A stretch of DNA of 64,000 nucleotides, from the NCBI GenBank assembly GCA_043807255.1, contig JAZDGD010000001.1, positions 8,464 through 72,463 on the forward strand, read 5' to 3'. Made by a program: the position numbers and the translations under genes. How positions within the stretch are numbered: the first letter of the stretch is position 1; every line of letters begins with the position of its first letter. This DNA is from Patescibacteria group bacterium (lineage in GTDB: Bacteria; Patescibacteriota; Minisyncoccia; RBG-13-40-8-A). Positions 8,468 to 19,024 of this stretch are shown here, in pieces. A model generated the notes under the pieces. It made no database searches. It saw nothing but the letters and a program-made list of their open reading frames with translations, and was not told the origin of the DNA.

Positions 8468-8821
8468 GGGGGCGCTAGGTTTCGATCGAAGATCTTTTTA
8501 AAATATGCAAGTCGAGGATTCTAGTATCTCGTTAAAATCTAGAAAAAATAAACGCAAATACAAATTTTGCTTTTGCTACAGCTTAATTTAAGTTGAAGCC
8601 ACTTTGATGGAGATTCTCAATAGGCTATTAAAGTGTTATAGTGTCGAAAGACACTTGAGATAGATATTATGATGCCCAAGTCGTAATATCGAAAATAATT
8701 GGGTAGGATTATTCAAATTTTTGTTTGTTTATGATTTGAATGATTACAACAAACAAACTAAACTTGTAGAATTGTTTTAAAAAAACTTTGACACAGGAGT
8801 TCGATTCTCCTCACCTCCACC
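8468..8821 (+). ncRNA. ssrA: tmRNA (SsrA), with predicted tag peptide ANTNFAFATA
   Basis: The 5' end GGGGGCG pairs with the 3' CACCTCC, including a G3:U70 pair. There is a 3' T-arm GGAGTTCGATTCTCC followed by ACC. The tag ORF GCAAATACAAATTTTGCTTTTGCTACAGCTTAA at 8554-8586 is collinear with the E. coli GCAAACGACGAAAACTACGCTTTAGCAGCTTAA. It lies downstream of smpB. Confidence 0.75.
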
Positions 8822-8912
8822 CTAAACAAAAATTACTTTGTAATTTTTGTCGGGTGCCCGATCATTAAAAATGATTTAGGGCATTCCAAAAGATAAATTA
8901 ACAAAAACATAA

Positions 8913-9548
8913 ATGTTTCAAAAAAAACCATTTTTTAAACCAGCATTTAAGCCAGCGTTTAGACCGACGGGAAGTCGACCATACAATCGATTTGATAATC
9001 GGTTTGTAAAACCGAACAAAGACAGGATTAACGAACAAATAAAATCATTGGAAGTTCGTGTAATCGATGAAAAGGGGGCCAATTTAGGAGTTTTAAACAC
9101 ACAAGAGGCGTTGAAAATGGCCAAGGACAGAGGATTTGATTTAGTGGAAATTACAGAAAATGTCCAACCACCAATTTGTAAAATCATTGATTACGGAAAA
9201 TATAAATACATACAAGAGAAGAAAGACAGAAAACAACAATCAAGTCATAAAAAAATAGAAACAAAGGGCATTAGAATTAGTCTGACCATATCTCCTCATG
9301 ATTTGGGGATTAGGGCCAATCAGATAGAGAAATTTTTTAAAGAAGGTCACAAGGTTAGAGTCGAAATGAAGTTAAAGGGAAGGGAAAAAGCACATTTTGA
9401 CTTAGCAAAAGAAAAATTAGAATTATTTATAAGTACAATTCCGAAAGGCGCGAAGAAAGAAGAGGAGATTAAGCGTAGCCCGCAAGGATTGGCAGTAACT
9501 ATATGTCAGGCAAAACAAGAGGATCGGTCACAAAACGATTCAAAATAA
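8913..9548 (+). CDS. infC: Translation initiation factor IF-3
   Basis: Conserved IF-3 N- and C-domains (RVIDEKGANLGV, CKIIDYGKYKY, HDLGIR). The real start is probably downstream of the six-frame ATG. Confidence 0.8.
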   Translation: MFQKKPFFKPAFKPAFRPTGSRPYNRFDNRFVKPNKDRINEQIKSLEVRVIDEKGANLGVLNTQEALKMAKDRGFDLVEITENVQPPICKIIDYGKYKYIQEKKDRKQQSSHKKIETKGIRISLTISPHDLGIRANQIEKFFKEGHKVRVEMKLKGREKAHFDLAKEKLELFISTIPKGAKKEEEIKRSPQGLAVTICQAKQEDRSQNDSK

Positions 9549-9700
9549 CAAAAAACAAGAAAATCATTCATCGGGCGCCAGGCCAGAATCATTTGAATTC
9601 AAAAGAGGCTGGCGATGAAAAGCGAGCAAAAAGACATTCCAAAACAGTTGAGACCAAAACCAATATGGTTAGGAATATTATTGAATTTACTAATAGGTAA
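9503..9700 (+). CDS. rpmI: 50S ribosomal protein L35
   Basis: Matches the L35 pattern (KRFKIT...KRHSK). Confidence 0.7.
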   Translation: MSGKTRGSVTKRFKITKNKKIIHRAPGQNHLNSKEAGDEKRAKRHSKTVETKTNMVRNIIEFTNR

Positions 9701-9730
9701 ATAGGTAAACCCCGCCTTGGCGGGGTAAAT
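9701..9730 (+). terminator. Hairpin ccccgccttggcgggg after rpmI
   Basis: GC stem-loop downstream of the stop codon. Confidence 0.4.
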
Positions 9731-9736
9731 AGAACA

Positions 9737-10084
9737 ATGACAAGAGTTAAAAGAGGCGTTCAAAAACGCGCCAGAAAGAAAAAAATAATCAAATTAGCCA
9801 AAGGTTTTAAATGGAGACGAAAAACCAATTATCGGGCAGCAAAAGATGCATTAAAACATGCCTGGACTTATGCTTATCGCGATAGAAGAAACAAGAAAAG
9901 AAGTTTTAGAAATCTTTGGAATATTAAGATTAATGCAATTTGCAGAGAGAATGGAATTTCTTATAGTAGGTTTATTAATGCAATAAAAAAAGCTAATATA
10001 GAAATTGATAGAAAGATTCTATCGCAGTTGGCTGAAAATTATCCCGAAACATTTAAGAAGATTCTTGAAGACATCAAAAAATAA
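9737..10084 (+). CDS. rplT: 50S ribosomal protein L20
   Basis: [16 protein letters not shown]...AKGF is the canonical L20 N-terminus. Confidence 0.9.
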   Translation: MTRVKRGVQKRARKKKIIKLAKGFKWRRKTNYRAAKDALKHAWTYAYRDRRNKKRSFRNLWNIKINAICRENGISYSRFINAIKKANIEIDRKILSQLAENYPETFKKILEDIKK

Positions 10085-10161
10085 TATAGATATTATTGGG
10101 GGGCCGGCTGATAAGCTTAGGCCCTCTTTTAAATTAAGTCGAATTAAGTTAAGATTAAAAT

Positions 10162-11919
10162 ATGACAATTCGTGAGGAAATCAAATCCGCCGTCGCTAAA
10201 GCTGTGGCGGACAAGGGAGATTCAATCGAATTTACGGTTGAAGTGCCGGAAAATGCAAATTATGGCGATTATGCCACTAATGTGGCTTTGATTTTAGTCC
10301 CTCGATATGACTCGGGACAATCTCCAATGGAGATTGCGAATGAAATTATTTCAAAATTAGAAATTCAAAATTCAAAATTCATCGACAAAGTCGAGGTGGT
10401 CAATGGTTTCATAAATTTTTATCTAAAACCAGAATTTATTCAAGGCCAAGTTAAAGAAATCCTAAAGCAAAACAAAAAATACGGTAGCAATAAAATTGGT
10501 AAGGGCAAAACAGTTATAATAGATTATTCTTCACCGAATATTGCGAAAAAAATGCATGTTGGGCACTTAAGATCGACGATTATCGGCGCTGCGATTTACA
10601 ACGTTTATAAATTTTTAGGATATAAAGTTGTCGGTGATAATCATTTGGGAGACTGGGGAAAACAATTTGGAATAATGCTTGCCGGAATAAGTAAGTATAA
10701 ATATGATCCCAAAAAAATGAACACCCAGGACATGCTAGATGTTTATGTTAAATTTAATAATGAAATGAAGAATGATTTAACCCTTGATGAGTGGGCTAGA
10801 AATGAATTTAAAGATCTTGAAAATAATTTTAGAGAATATAATAATCACTCCAGAAAGGAAAAATATAATACAGAAAATATCAAAACATGGGAAACGTTAA
10901 GAGAAAAGTCGCTCGAAGAGTTTGAGAAAATCTACAATATGTTGGGCATTAAATTTGACGAGTATAACGGAGAAAGTCATTATGAGTCCGTTTTTGGTGA
11001 GGTGGTTAAAGATTGCGAGACGTTAAATTTGGACGGAAAAGATGAAAAATATTTTTTAAGCAATGGGGCCTATTTAATTAATTTAGACGAATTTGGTCTC
11101 GATCCACTTTTAATTAAAAAATCTGATGGGGCGACACTTTATGCCACTAGAGAGCTCGCGACAATAAAGGAAAGGGCCAAAGATAGTCCAGAAAAAATAA
11201 TTTATGTTGTTGGCAATGAACAATCTTTGCATTTCCAGCAATCATTTCAAGCAGCAGAATTATTAAATTATATTTCTAAAGACAAACTCATTCATGTTAA
11301 GTTTGGCCTTATCTTAGATGAGAATCATAAAAAATTAGCCACTAGAACCGGAAGGTTTATCGGTGCGGAAGACCTAATTAACCAAATAATTGAATTGGCA
11401 GAAAAAATCATAAAAGAAAAAAATCCTTCTTTGTCGGAGAAGGAAAGAAAAAATGTTGCAAAAGCCGTAGGTATTGGTGCATTGAAGTATAACGATTTAT
11501 ATCAAAATCGACAAAGTGATATTGTTTTTAATTGGAATAGAATGTTAAGTTTTGATGGGAATTCTGCTCCATATATACTATATACATATGTGAGATTGCA
11601 AAGCATTTTGGGAAAGACTAAATTTGCGGGAAGTTTTAAGTCCGAATTTCTAAAAGAAAACGAAGAATTAAACGTTATAAAAGAACTAATTAAATTCCCT
11701 GATGTGGTCGAAGATTCAGCGGAAAGCTTTCAAATGAATAATTTAGCTAATTATCTTTACGACTTGGCGAGTTTGGCTAATAATTTTTATGAGAAATTTA
11801 ATATATTAAAGGTAGATCATGATACTCGGGGAGCCAGATTGGCCCTGATTAAAGCCGTTACCATTGTCTTAAAAAACGGGTTAAATCTACTAGGTATAAA
11901 TACCATCGAAAAGATGTAA
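10162..11919 (+). CDS. argS: Arginine--tRNA ligase
   Basis: Class I HIGH motif (SSPNIAKKMHVGHLRS) and ArgRS anticodon-binding C-terminus ending in M. Confidence 0.9.
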   Translation: MTIREEIKSAVAKAVADKGDSIEFTVEVPENANYGDYATNVALILVPRYDSGQSPMEIANEIISKLEIQNSKFIDKVEVVNGFINFYLKPEFIQGQVKEILKQNKKYGSNKIGKGKTVIIDYSSPNIAKKMHVGHLRSTIIGAAIYNVYKFLGYKVVGDNHLGDWGKQFGIMLAGISKYKYDPKKMNTQDMLDVYVKFNNEMKNDLTLDEWARNEFKDLENNFREYNNHSRKEKYNTENIKTWETLREKSLEEFEKIYNMLGIKFDEYNGESHYESVFGEVVKDCETLNLDGKDEKYFLSNGAYLINLDEFGLDPLLIKKSDGATLYATRELATIKERAKDSPEKIIYVVGNEQSLHFQQSFQAAELLNYISKDKLIHVKFGLILDENHKKLATRTGRFIGAEDLINQIIELAEKIIKEKNPSLSEKERKNVAKAVGIGALKYNDLYQNRQSDIVFNWNRMLSFDGNSAPYILYTYVRLQSILGKTKFAGSFKSEFLKENEELNVIKELIKFPDVVEDSAESFQMNNLANYLYDLASLANNFYEKFNILKVDHDTRGARLALIKAVTIVLKNGLNLLGINTIEKM

Positions 11920-11922
11920 TTT

Positions 11923-12492
11923 ATGAAATTTAATAATCAATATTATATTCTTCGTCATGGAAAAGCAGTTTCTAACGAACAGAGAATTGTTAGTTCCCAT
12001 CCAGAGAAATTTGAAAATTCTTTAACCGACGAAGGCAGGGAGCAAATTAAAAATGTGGTTGTTGAAATCGAAAAATTAAACATCGATTTAATTTTTGCTT
12101 CCGATTTATTGCGCACAAAACAAACCGCAGAAATTATTGCTGATACGTTAAAATTGGAAATAATTTTTGATAAAAGATTGCGAGAAATAGATATGGGAAT
12201 TTTTAACGGGGGACCAGAAGACGCATGGAATGAATTTTATGAATGCGAGGCCCAACGATTTGTTAAGAAACCAAAAGATGGCGGAGAAAATTATCGCGAA
12301 GTCAAAGAGCGAGCCAAAGACTTTATTGGAGACATAGACAAAAAATATAAAGGTAAGAACATTTTAATTGTGAGTCATGGTTGCGTTTTGTTTAGTATGC
12401 AAGTTATTGTCGGTGGGCAAACAGAAGAGCAGGAGATGTCTTGTAGAAATAATTTGGTTATGAAAAATGGAGAATTAAAAAAGCTAAATTAA
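11923..12492 (+). CDS. Histidine phosphatase (phosphoglycerate mutase-like) family protein
   Basis: RHG catalytic motif (YILRHGKAVSN) and the downstream conserved H. Confidence 0.6.
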   Translation: MKFNNQYYILRHGKAVSNEQRIVSSHPEKFENSLTDEGREQIKNVVVEIEKLNIDLIFASDLLRTKQTAEIIADTLKLEIIFDKRLREIDMGIFNGGPEDAWNEFYECEAQRFVKKPKDGGENYREVKERAKDFIGDIDKKYKGKNILIVSHGCVLFSMQVIVGGQTEEQEMSCRNNLVMKNGELKKLN

Positions 12493-12493
12493 T

Positions 12494-15280
12494 ATGGAAA
12501 AAATTTCAGACATAGAAAAGAAAATATTAGAATTTTGGAAAGAGAACAAAATTTTTAAAAAATCCCTCGAGAAGAAAGGTAAAAATTTTGTATTTTACGA
12601 AGGACCGCCAACTGCCAATGGCAAGCCGGGAATTCATCATGTTGAGGCTCGAGCATTCAAGGATGCAATTCCACGATATAAAACCATGCGGGGCTATCAC
12701 GTAGAAAGGAAGGCTGGCTGGGATACTCAAGGGTTACCAGTTGAACTGGAAGTAGAAAAAGAATTGGGCTTTAAAAACAAGAAAGATATTGAAAATTATG
12801 GCATAGCGAAATTCAATCAAAAATGCAAAGAAAGTGTCTGGAAATATAAAGAAGAATGGGAAAAAATGACAGAAAGAATGGGTTATTGGGTGGACATGGA
12901 AGATCCATATATAACTTATGACAATAATTACATAGAATCTCTTTGGTGGATTATTAAACAAATTTACGATAAAGGATTGGTTTATAAGGGATATAAGGTT
13001 GTTCCACAATGTCCGCGTTGTGGTACGGCTTTATCGTCTCACGAAGTAGCACAAGGATATAAAAATGTGCAGGAAGAATCGGTATATATAAAATTTAAAG
13101 TAAAAGGAAAAGATAACGAATATATTTTGGCCTGGACAACAACTCCATGGACTTTGCCGGGTAATATTGCTTTGGCTATTGGAGAAAAAATCGAATATGT
13201 AAAAATAAAACAAAATAATGAATTTTATTATTTGGCCAAAAATTTATTGGACAAGATCAATGGCGGATATGAAACGATTGAAGAATTAAAAGGCACAAAG
13301 ATGATTGGATGGGAATATGAACCGTTATTTAATGGCGTAATTAAGGGCAATGAAAAAAATACCGAGAATGCATTTAAAATTTACCCCGCAAATTTTGTTT
13401 CCACAGAAGATGGGACAGGCATTGTACATACCGCGGTTATGTATGGGGTAGAAGATTATGAATTGGGCGAAAAAATTGGACTGCCTAAAGTACACACAGT
13501 TAATCTTGATGGAACTTTTAATGAATTAGTTCCGCAATGGAAAGGAAAGTTTGTTAAAGACGCAGAAAAAGAAATTATCGAGGACTTAAAACAAAGAAAT
13601 GTTTTATATAAAACCGAGGCCCATAATCATGATTATCCATTTTGTTGGCGATGTGATTCCCCATTGATTTATTACGCGCGAGATTCTTGGTATTTTGAAA
13701 TGAGCAAATTAAGAGAAAAATTAATTAAAAATAACGAGAAAATTAATTGGATTCCTGAACATGTCAAAGAGGGAAGGTTCGGAGAGTGGTTGAAAGAAGT
13801 AAAAGATTGGGCAATTTCCCGGGAAAGATATTGGGGCACGCCAATACCAATATGGATTTGTGAAAAATGCAACGAAATGAAGGTTATTGGATCGTGCCAA
13901 GAATTGGGTGTTGATGAAAAATTTGATTTACATAAACCATTTATTGACGAAATAAAATTTAAATGTCCTTCGACAAGCTCAGGGCAGGTTTGTGGTGGAG
14001 AAATGAAACGAACTCCAGAAGTAATGGACTCTTGGTTCGATTCAGGAGCGATGCCTTTCGCCCAACATCATTATCCATTCGAAAATAAAAATTTAATTGA
14101 TAAGGGGGAACAATTTCCAGCAGACTTTATTTCCGAAGCCGTTGATCAAACCCGTGGTTGGTTTTATACATTGTTGGCGGTATCTACAATGTTAGGCAAA
14201 GAATCTCCCTATAAAAATGTTATTTGCCTTGGTCATATTTTAGATAAAGATGGACAAAAAATGTCTAAGCACATCGGCAATGTTGTCGATCCGATATTAA
14301 TGATTGAAAAATATGGGGCAGACGTTGTTCGTTGGTATATATATAACGTTAATCAGCCGGGTGAGCCGAAAAGATTTAGTGAAGAAGGATTAAAAGAATC
14401 AGGAAGCATGTTTAATACTTTATTGAATGTGCTGAGTTTTTATAAAATATTTGCCGAAGGAACCGAAATGAAAGACTTAAACGAAAACAAAGACCCAGTA
14501 AACGTTTTGGACAAATGGATCGGTTCCAAATTATCATTATTAATAAAAAACGTTGAGGAACATTTAAATGATTATGATATTTTTAGTGCCACAAGAAAAA
14601 TTCAGAGTTTTATTGAAGATCTTTCTGTTTGGTACGTGCGAAGGTCGCGCGATAGATTTAAAAATGGAGGGGAAGATAAATTGTACGCATTAAAAACCTT
14701 GCGTTATGTTTTGTTCCGCTTATCAGAATTAATGGCTCCATTTACTCCATTTATGGCAGAGCATATATATAAGGAAGTGGGCGGAGGCAGGGAAAGCGTG
14801 CATTTGGAGGATTGGCCGGAAGTAGACAAGAAATTAATCGACGAAAAGCTGGAAGAGCAAATGCAACAGGTGCGAGAAATTTGTAGCATGGGTTTGCAAA
14901 AAAGAGCAGAAGCCGGAATTAAAGTAAGACAACCACTGGCCAAATTAAAAATTAAAAGTCAAAAGTTAAAAGTTGAGCTACTTGATTTAATACGGGACGA
15001 AATTAACGTAAAAGAGGTGGTCATGGACGACAATCTAAAAGAAGGGGTGGTACTTGATACCACTATCACCGAAGAACTCAAGGCAGAGGGCGCTGTGAGG
15101 GATTTTGTGCGCACTATCCAATCAAAACGCAAAGAAATGGGGTTAACTCCGAAAGACAAGATTCGAGTGTATTATTCTGACAACAAGGAAATCGTCGAAA
15201 AGTATGCCGATCAAATCAAAAAGCAAGTAATTGCAGAAGAAATTGTCTTCGGCGATGAATTTAAAATAGAGAAGACATGA
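12494..15280 (+). CDS. ileS: Isoleucine--tRNA ligase
   Basis: HIGH (PPTANGKPGIHHV) and KMSKS (KMSKHIGN) motifs, editing domain and zinc-binding C-terminus. An in-frame heptamer-repeat variant lies at about 14945-14974. Confidence 0.95.
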   Translation: MEKISDIEKKILEFWKENKIFKKSLEKKGKNFVFYEGPPTANGKPGIHHVEARAFKDAIPRYKTMRGYHVERKAGWDTQGLPVELEVEKELGFKNKKDIENYGIAKFNQKCKESVWKYKEEWEKMTERMGYWVDMEDPYITYDNNYIESLWWIIKQIYDKGLVYKGYKVVPQCPRCGTALSSHEVAQGYKNVQEESVYIKFKVKGKDNEYILAWTTTPWTLPGNIALAIGEKIEYVKIKQNNEFYYLAKNLLDKINGGYETIEELKGTKMIGWEYEPLFNGVIKGNEKNTENAFKIYPANFVSTEDGTGIVHTAVMYGVEDYELGEKIGLPKVHTVNLDGTFNELVPQWKGKFVKDAEKEIIEDLKQRNVLYKTEAHNHDYPFCWRCDSPLIYYARDSWYFEMSKLREKLIKNNEKINWIPEHVKEGRFGEWLKEVKDWAISRERYWGTPIPIWICEKCNEMKVIGSCQELGVDEKFDLHKPFIDEIKFKCPSTSSGQVCGGEMKRTPEVMDSWFDSGAMPFAQHHYPFENKNLIDKGEQFPADFISEAVDQTRGWFYTLLAVSTMLGKESPYKNVICLGHILDKDGQKMSKHIGNVVDPILMIEKYGADVVRWYIYNVNQPGEPKRFSEEGLKESGSMFNTLLNVLSFYKIFAEGTEMKDLNENKDPVNVLDKWIGSKLSLLIKNVEEHLNDYDIFSATRKIQSFIEDLSVWYVRRSRDRFKNGGEDKLYALKTLRYVLFRLSELMAPFTPFMAEHIYKEVGGGRESVHLEDWPEVDKKLIDEKLEEQMQQVREICSMGLQKRAEAGIKVRQPLAKLKIKSQKLKVELLDLIRDEINVKEVVMDDNLKEGVVLDTTITEELKAEGAVRDFVRTIQSKRKEMGLTPKDKIRVYYSDNKEIVEKYADQIKKQVIAEEIVFGDEFKIEKT

Positions 15281-15756
15281 TTAAAACTGAGGCAATAATA
15301 CTCAAAACAACCGACCAGAATGAAACTGGCCGGGTTTTGACTGTTTATTGCGACAAATTGGGAAAGATTAATATTCAGGCGAAGGGCGTGAAAAAGGTGG
15401 AGAGTAAATTGCGCGGACATATTGAAGCAATTTCGTATGTGCAATTCATTCTTGTTGAGGGCAAGAACTCTTTAATTCTAAAAGATGCTTTTTTGTTGAA
15501 TCAATTTTTGAATATTAAAAAAGATTTAGAAAAGATAAAAATCGCCAAACAAATAGCTAATTTAATTGACGAGGCAATGGTTGGGCAGGAGAGAGATGAG
15601 GATGTATGGTTTTTAATTTTAAAAACCATACAGGCGATTGACAGAAGCGACGCTTCTGTCAATTTGGCCGGCATTACAATGACCTTTGAAAAAAAACTGA
15701 TAAATCTTTTAGGTTACGACTCCGAGCACATGCGAGAAATAGAAAATTTGTATTAA
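15277..15756 (+). CDS. recO: RecO-like DNA repair protein (short form)
   Basis: The N-terminal OB-fold pattern (EAIILKTTDQNETGRVLTVYCDKLGKINIQAKGVKK) resembles RecO; it is shorter than typical. Confidence 0.4.
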   Translation: MIKTEAIILKTTDQNETGRVLTVYCDKLGKINIQAKGVKKVESKLRGHIEAISYVQFILVEGKNSLILKDAFLLNQFLNIKKDLEKIKIAKQIANLIDEAMVGQERDEDVWFLILKTIQAIDRSDASVNLAGITMTFEKKLINLLGYDSEHMREIENLY

Positions 15757-15775
15757 AAGTGATATAATTAGAAAT

Positions 15776-17614
15776 ATGGAAGATAATTTTCAATTTAAAC
15801 AAACCAATACACAAATTAATCCCGCGTTTCAACCAGGGACAAAACAGAAGGGCGAAGGATTAAAAAGATTTTTTAACAAGAGGAATTTGCCTAAAACCTC
15901 GGCAATTATTATTGTTGTTGGAATTTTAATTATTATTGGCGCAATTCTTTGGGGCAGAAGCTCTTTTGTTAATTCAAGGGTTGAACTAAAAATCCAAACT
16001 TCGGAAAATATTTCTTCGGGGGAGGAAACAATTATTACAATTAATTATGCCAACAACAATAGGGTTAATTTAAATGATGCACGCTTAATTGTTTCTTATC
16101 CACAGGGAACATTTTCTTCAGACGGGAAAGAAATATATCAGGATTCAAAAACCTTAGGCATAATTGCCAAAAAAACACAAAGTGAAGAAACTTTTAAGGT
16201 GAGATTTTTGGGCGAAAAGGGTAGCACAAAAAATATTACTGCGAAATTAGAATATAAACCAGCAAATATTAATTCTCGATTTGAAGCCGAAGCTTCATCA
16301 AAAATAGAAATTAACACTGTTTCAATCGGGATTCATGTTGAGGGGTCAGAAAAATCAGTTGCCGGACAAGAAGTCAGTTATGCCATAGAATATGAAAACA
16401 GAACAGAAGAAACGGTTAATAATTTGGTTATCAAATTAGAATATCCTGATGACTTTAGCTTTAAAACATCTGATCTTGCGCCAAAATCAAAAGATGAAAC
16501 CAGCACATGGGAAGTAGGATCTCTGAATCCGGGAGAGAAAAAAACGATTAATTTAAGTGGGTCGTTAAATGGTCAAGAAATGGAAAATAAGATTTTAAGG
16601 GCAACAATTGGTCAGATGAAAGATGGAAATTTCTTGAAATATAGTTTATCGGATTTTGTAACCCAAATTTCGCCAGCACCAATTGTTCTGTTGGCCAGCG
16701 TTGGGGGGACAGAAAGCGATTGCAAGGTTGATGTTGGGCAGGAGTTAAAATATACGGTTAGTTTTAAAAATAATACCGACATTGCCTTGAGAGAATTAAT
16801 TTTAAAAGTGTATTTGCAAGACGGGGTTTTTGACTTTAGAGAAATAGATTTAGGCGGTAAGGGATTTTTTGATAGCAGGACAAACACGATCACCTGGAGC
16901 GGAGCAGATATTTTGGAATTAAGTTTATTAGATACCAGCCAATCGGGAGAGGTGAAGTTCTTTGTAAAGGTTAAAAATGAATTACCAATTTATAGTTTTA
17001 ATGACAAAAATTTTAAAGCGGGCATAGTTGCTGAAATCCAGACATTAACTGTTCCAGCAAAGTTCGCAGGCACAGAATTAAAATTTGAGAAAGAATTAAG
17101 TTGTAAGATAAATACTCAATTATTTTTAAATACCAAGGGCTACTATTATGAACCGTCACAGGGAATTTATAATACTGGCCCAATTCCACCAAAGGTTAAC
17201 GAACTTACAAATTATACAATCCATTGGCAAATAATTAATGTTTCTAATGATTTGGAAAATGTTATTGTGAAGTCGGTTTTGCCACAGGGCATTAATTATA
17301 TGAATTATTACATCAACAAGTTGAATAAGGGACAGTTTTCATATAATGACCGAACCAAAGAAATAATTTGGAATATTGGCAAGGTACCAGCGGGAACAGG
17401 AAAAACTCTGCCGTTGTATGAACTAATTTTTCAAGTTGGCATAACGCCGTCCATAAATCAAGTTGGTGATTCGCCGATATTAATTAATCAGTCACAAATC
17501 GAAGGCAAGGATATGTTTACGGGAAATAATTTAAATTTAACAAGTCCACCCGTAGATACGTCTGTTCCCGACGACACAAGAATGACTAATTATGGCAAAC
17601 AAGTAGTTGAGTAA
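15776..17614 (+). CDS. Membrane-anchored extracellular protein with repeated beta-domain (DUF11-like) segments
   Basis: N-terminal TM followed by repeated roughly 100-aa segments. No catalytic motif is recognised. Confidence 0.35.
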   Translation: MEDNFQFKQTNTQINPAFQPGTKQKGEGLKRFFNKRNLPKTSAIIIVVGILIIIGAILWGRSSFVNSRVELKIQTSENISSGEETIITINYANNNRVNLNDARLIVSYPQGTFSSDGKEIYQDSKTLGIIAKKTQSEETFKVRFLGEKGSTKNITAKLEYKPANINSRFEAEASSKIEINTVSIGIHVEGSEKSVAGQEVSYAIEYENRTEETVNNLVIKLEYPDDFSFKTSDLAPKSKDETSTWEVGSLNPGEKKTINLSGSLNGQEMENKILRATIGQMKDGNFLKYSLSDFVTQISPAPIVLLASVGGTESDCKVDVGQELKYTVSFKNNTDIALRELILKVYLQDGVFDFREIDLGGKGFFDSRTNTITWSGADILELSLLDTSQSGEVKFFVKVKNELPIYSFNDKNFKAGIVAEIQTLTVPAKFAGTELKFEKELSCKINTQLFLNTKGYYYEPSQGIYNTGPIPPKVNELTNYTIHWQIINVSNDLENVIVKSVLPQGINYMNYYINKLNKGQFSYNDRTKEIIWNIGKVPAGTGKTLPLYELIFQVGITPSINQVGDSPILINQSQIEGKDMFTGNNLNLTSPPVDTSVPDDTRMTNYGKQVVE

Positions 17615-17626
17615 CACAATATAAAT

Positions 17627-18943
17627 ATGAAAACAGAAAATTTAATGGAGAAAATTGTTAGTTTATGTAAAAGACGAGGATTTATTTATCCTGGTTCCGA
17701 AATTTATGGTGGGTTTCAGGGTTTTTATGATTTTGGGCCATTGGGCGTAGAAATGAAAAACAATTTGAAACAATTATGGTGGAAGTGGATGACCAAAGAG
17801 CACGACAATATTGTGGGAATTGACGGAGCGATTATTACCAATCCCAGGGTTTGGGAGGCGTCTGGTCATGTGAAAAACTTTGTTGACCCGCTTTCAGAAT
17901 GTAAAAAATGTCATCATCGATTCAAAGATGATGATTTGAATAGTAGAAAATGTCCAGATTGTGACGGAGAATTAACCGAACCAAAACAATTTAATATTTT
18001 AGTTCCAACGCAATTAGGCGTAATTGAAGGAGAGAAAACCAATGCTTATTTGCGCGGAGAAGCGTGTCAAACAATTTATCTTGATTACAAAAATGTTTTG
18101 AATACAACGCGCTTAAAAATTCCTTTTGGGATTTGCCAAATTGGAAAAGCGTTTAGGAACGAAGTAACGCCGGGAAATTTTTTATTTCGACAGCGTGAAT
18201 TCGAACAGTGGGATTTGCAATGGTTCTGCCGTCCATCAGAAATGGAGAAATGGTTTGAGTTTTGGAAAGAGCAAAGAATGAATTGGTATAAAAGTATTTT
18301 CACTAATCCCAAAAATCTTGGATTTTATAAACACGAAAAATTAGCACATTATGCCAAAATGGCATTCGATATTACTTATGAAAATTCTCCATGCGAAATC
18401 AAGGAGATGGAAGGAATTCATTGGCGCGGGGATTGGGATTTATCTGGGCACGCAAAATTTTCTGGACAAGATTTAAGTTATACTGATCCCGAAACAAATG
18501 AAAAATTTATTCCACAAATCGTAGAAACTTCTGGCGGGGTTGATCGGGCGTTCTTGTTTTTGTTAATTGATGCTTATACCGAAGACAAGGACCCCGCAGC
18601 AGACGGGGCAGGGAGGGTTGTTTTAAGATTGCATCCCAAAATCGCACCATATCAAGTTGCAGTTTTTCCGTTATTAAAAAATAAACCAGAATTAATTGAA
18701 AAGGCAAAAGGAATTTACGAAAATCTACGAAAAGAGTTTAACACTGCATGGGATGACAGAGGAAATATTGGTAAAAGATATTTTGCCCAAGACGAAATTG
18801 GTACGCCGTTTTGTGTAACGATCGATTTCGACACACTAGAAAAGGATATTGTTACAGTCAGAGACAGAGACAGCATGAAACAGGAAAGTGTGGGCGTTGC
18901 AGGGCTCAAGGATTATCTCAACGATAAATTAAACAAAAAATAG
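17627..18943 (+). CDS. glyQS: Glycine--tRNA ligase (dimeric class II type)
   Basis: N-terminal RGFIYPGSEIYGGFQGFYDFGPLG and class II motifs. Confidence 0.85.
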   Translation: MKTENLMEKIVSLCKRRGFIYPGSEIYGGFQGFYDFGPLGVEMKNNLKQLWWKWMTKEHDNIVGIDGAIITNPRVWEASGHVKNFVDPLSECKKCHHRFKDDDLNSRKCPDCDGELTEPKQFNILVPTQLGVIEGEKTNAYLRGEACQTIYLDYKNVLNTTRLKIPFGICQIGKAFRNEVTPGNFLFRQREFEQWDLQWFCRPSEMEKWFEFWKEQRMNWYKSIFTNPKNLGFYKHEKLAHYAKMAFDITYENSPCEIKEMEGIHWRGDWDLSGHAKFSGQDLSYTDPETNEKFIPQIVETSGGVDRAFLFLLIDAYTEDKDPAADGAGRVVLRLHPKIAPYQVAVFPLLKNKPELIEKAKGIYENLRKEFNTAWDDRGNIGKRYFAQDEIGTPFCVTIDFDTLEKDIVTVRDRDSMKQESVGVAGLKDYLNDKLNKK

Positions 18944-18957
18944 GTATTCATTAATAT

Positions 18958-18993
18958 GTACGGAGAACTGTTCTCCGTACATCTCCGTACATA
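18958..18993. repeat. REP family 1 palindrome TGTACGGAGAACTGTTCTCCGTACA (plus an extra half-site)
   Basis: Inverted repeat read directly; further copies at 19212-19236 (degenerate, inside the CDS) and 19720-19744. Confidence 0.8.
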
Positions 18994-19024
18994 TCTCATT
19001 GTAAATTTGCTATAATCAATTTAT

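Noticed and set aside
8790-8822. Stand-alone tRNA suggested by the T-arm GGAGTTCGATTCTCC
   Set aside because: No matching 5' acceptor or D-arm within 90 nt. It is the 3' tRNA-like domain of the tmRNA, whose 5' end lies at 8468.
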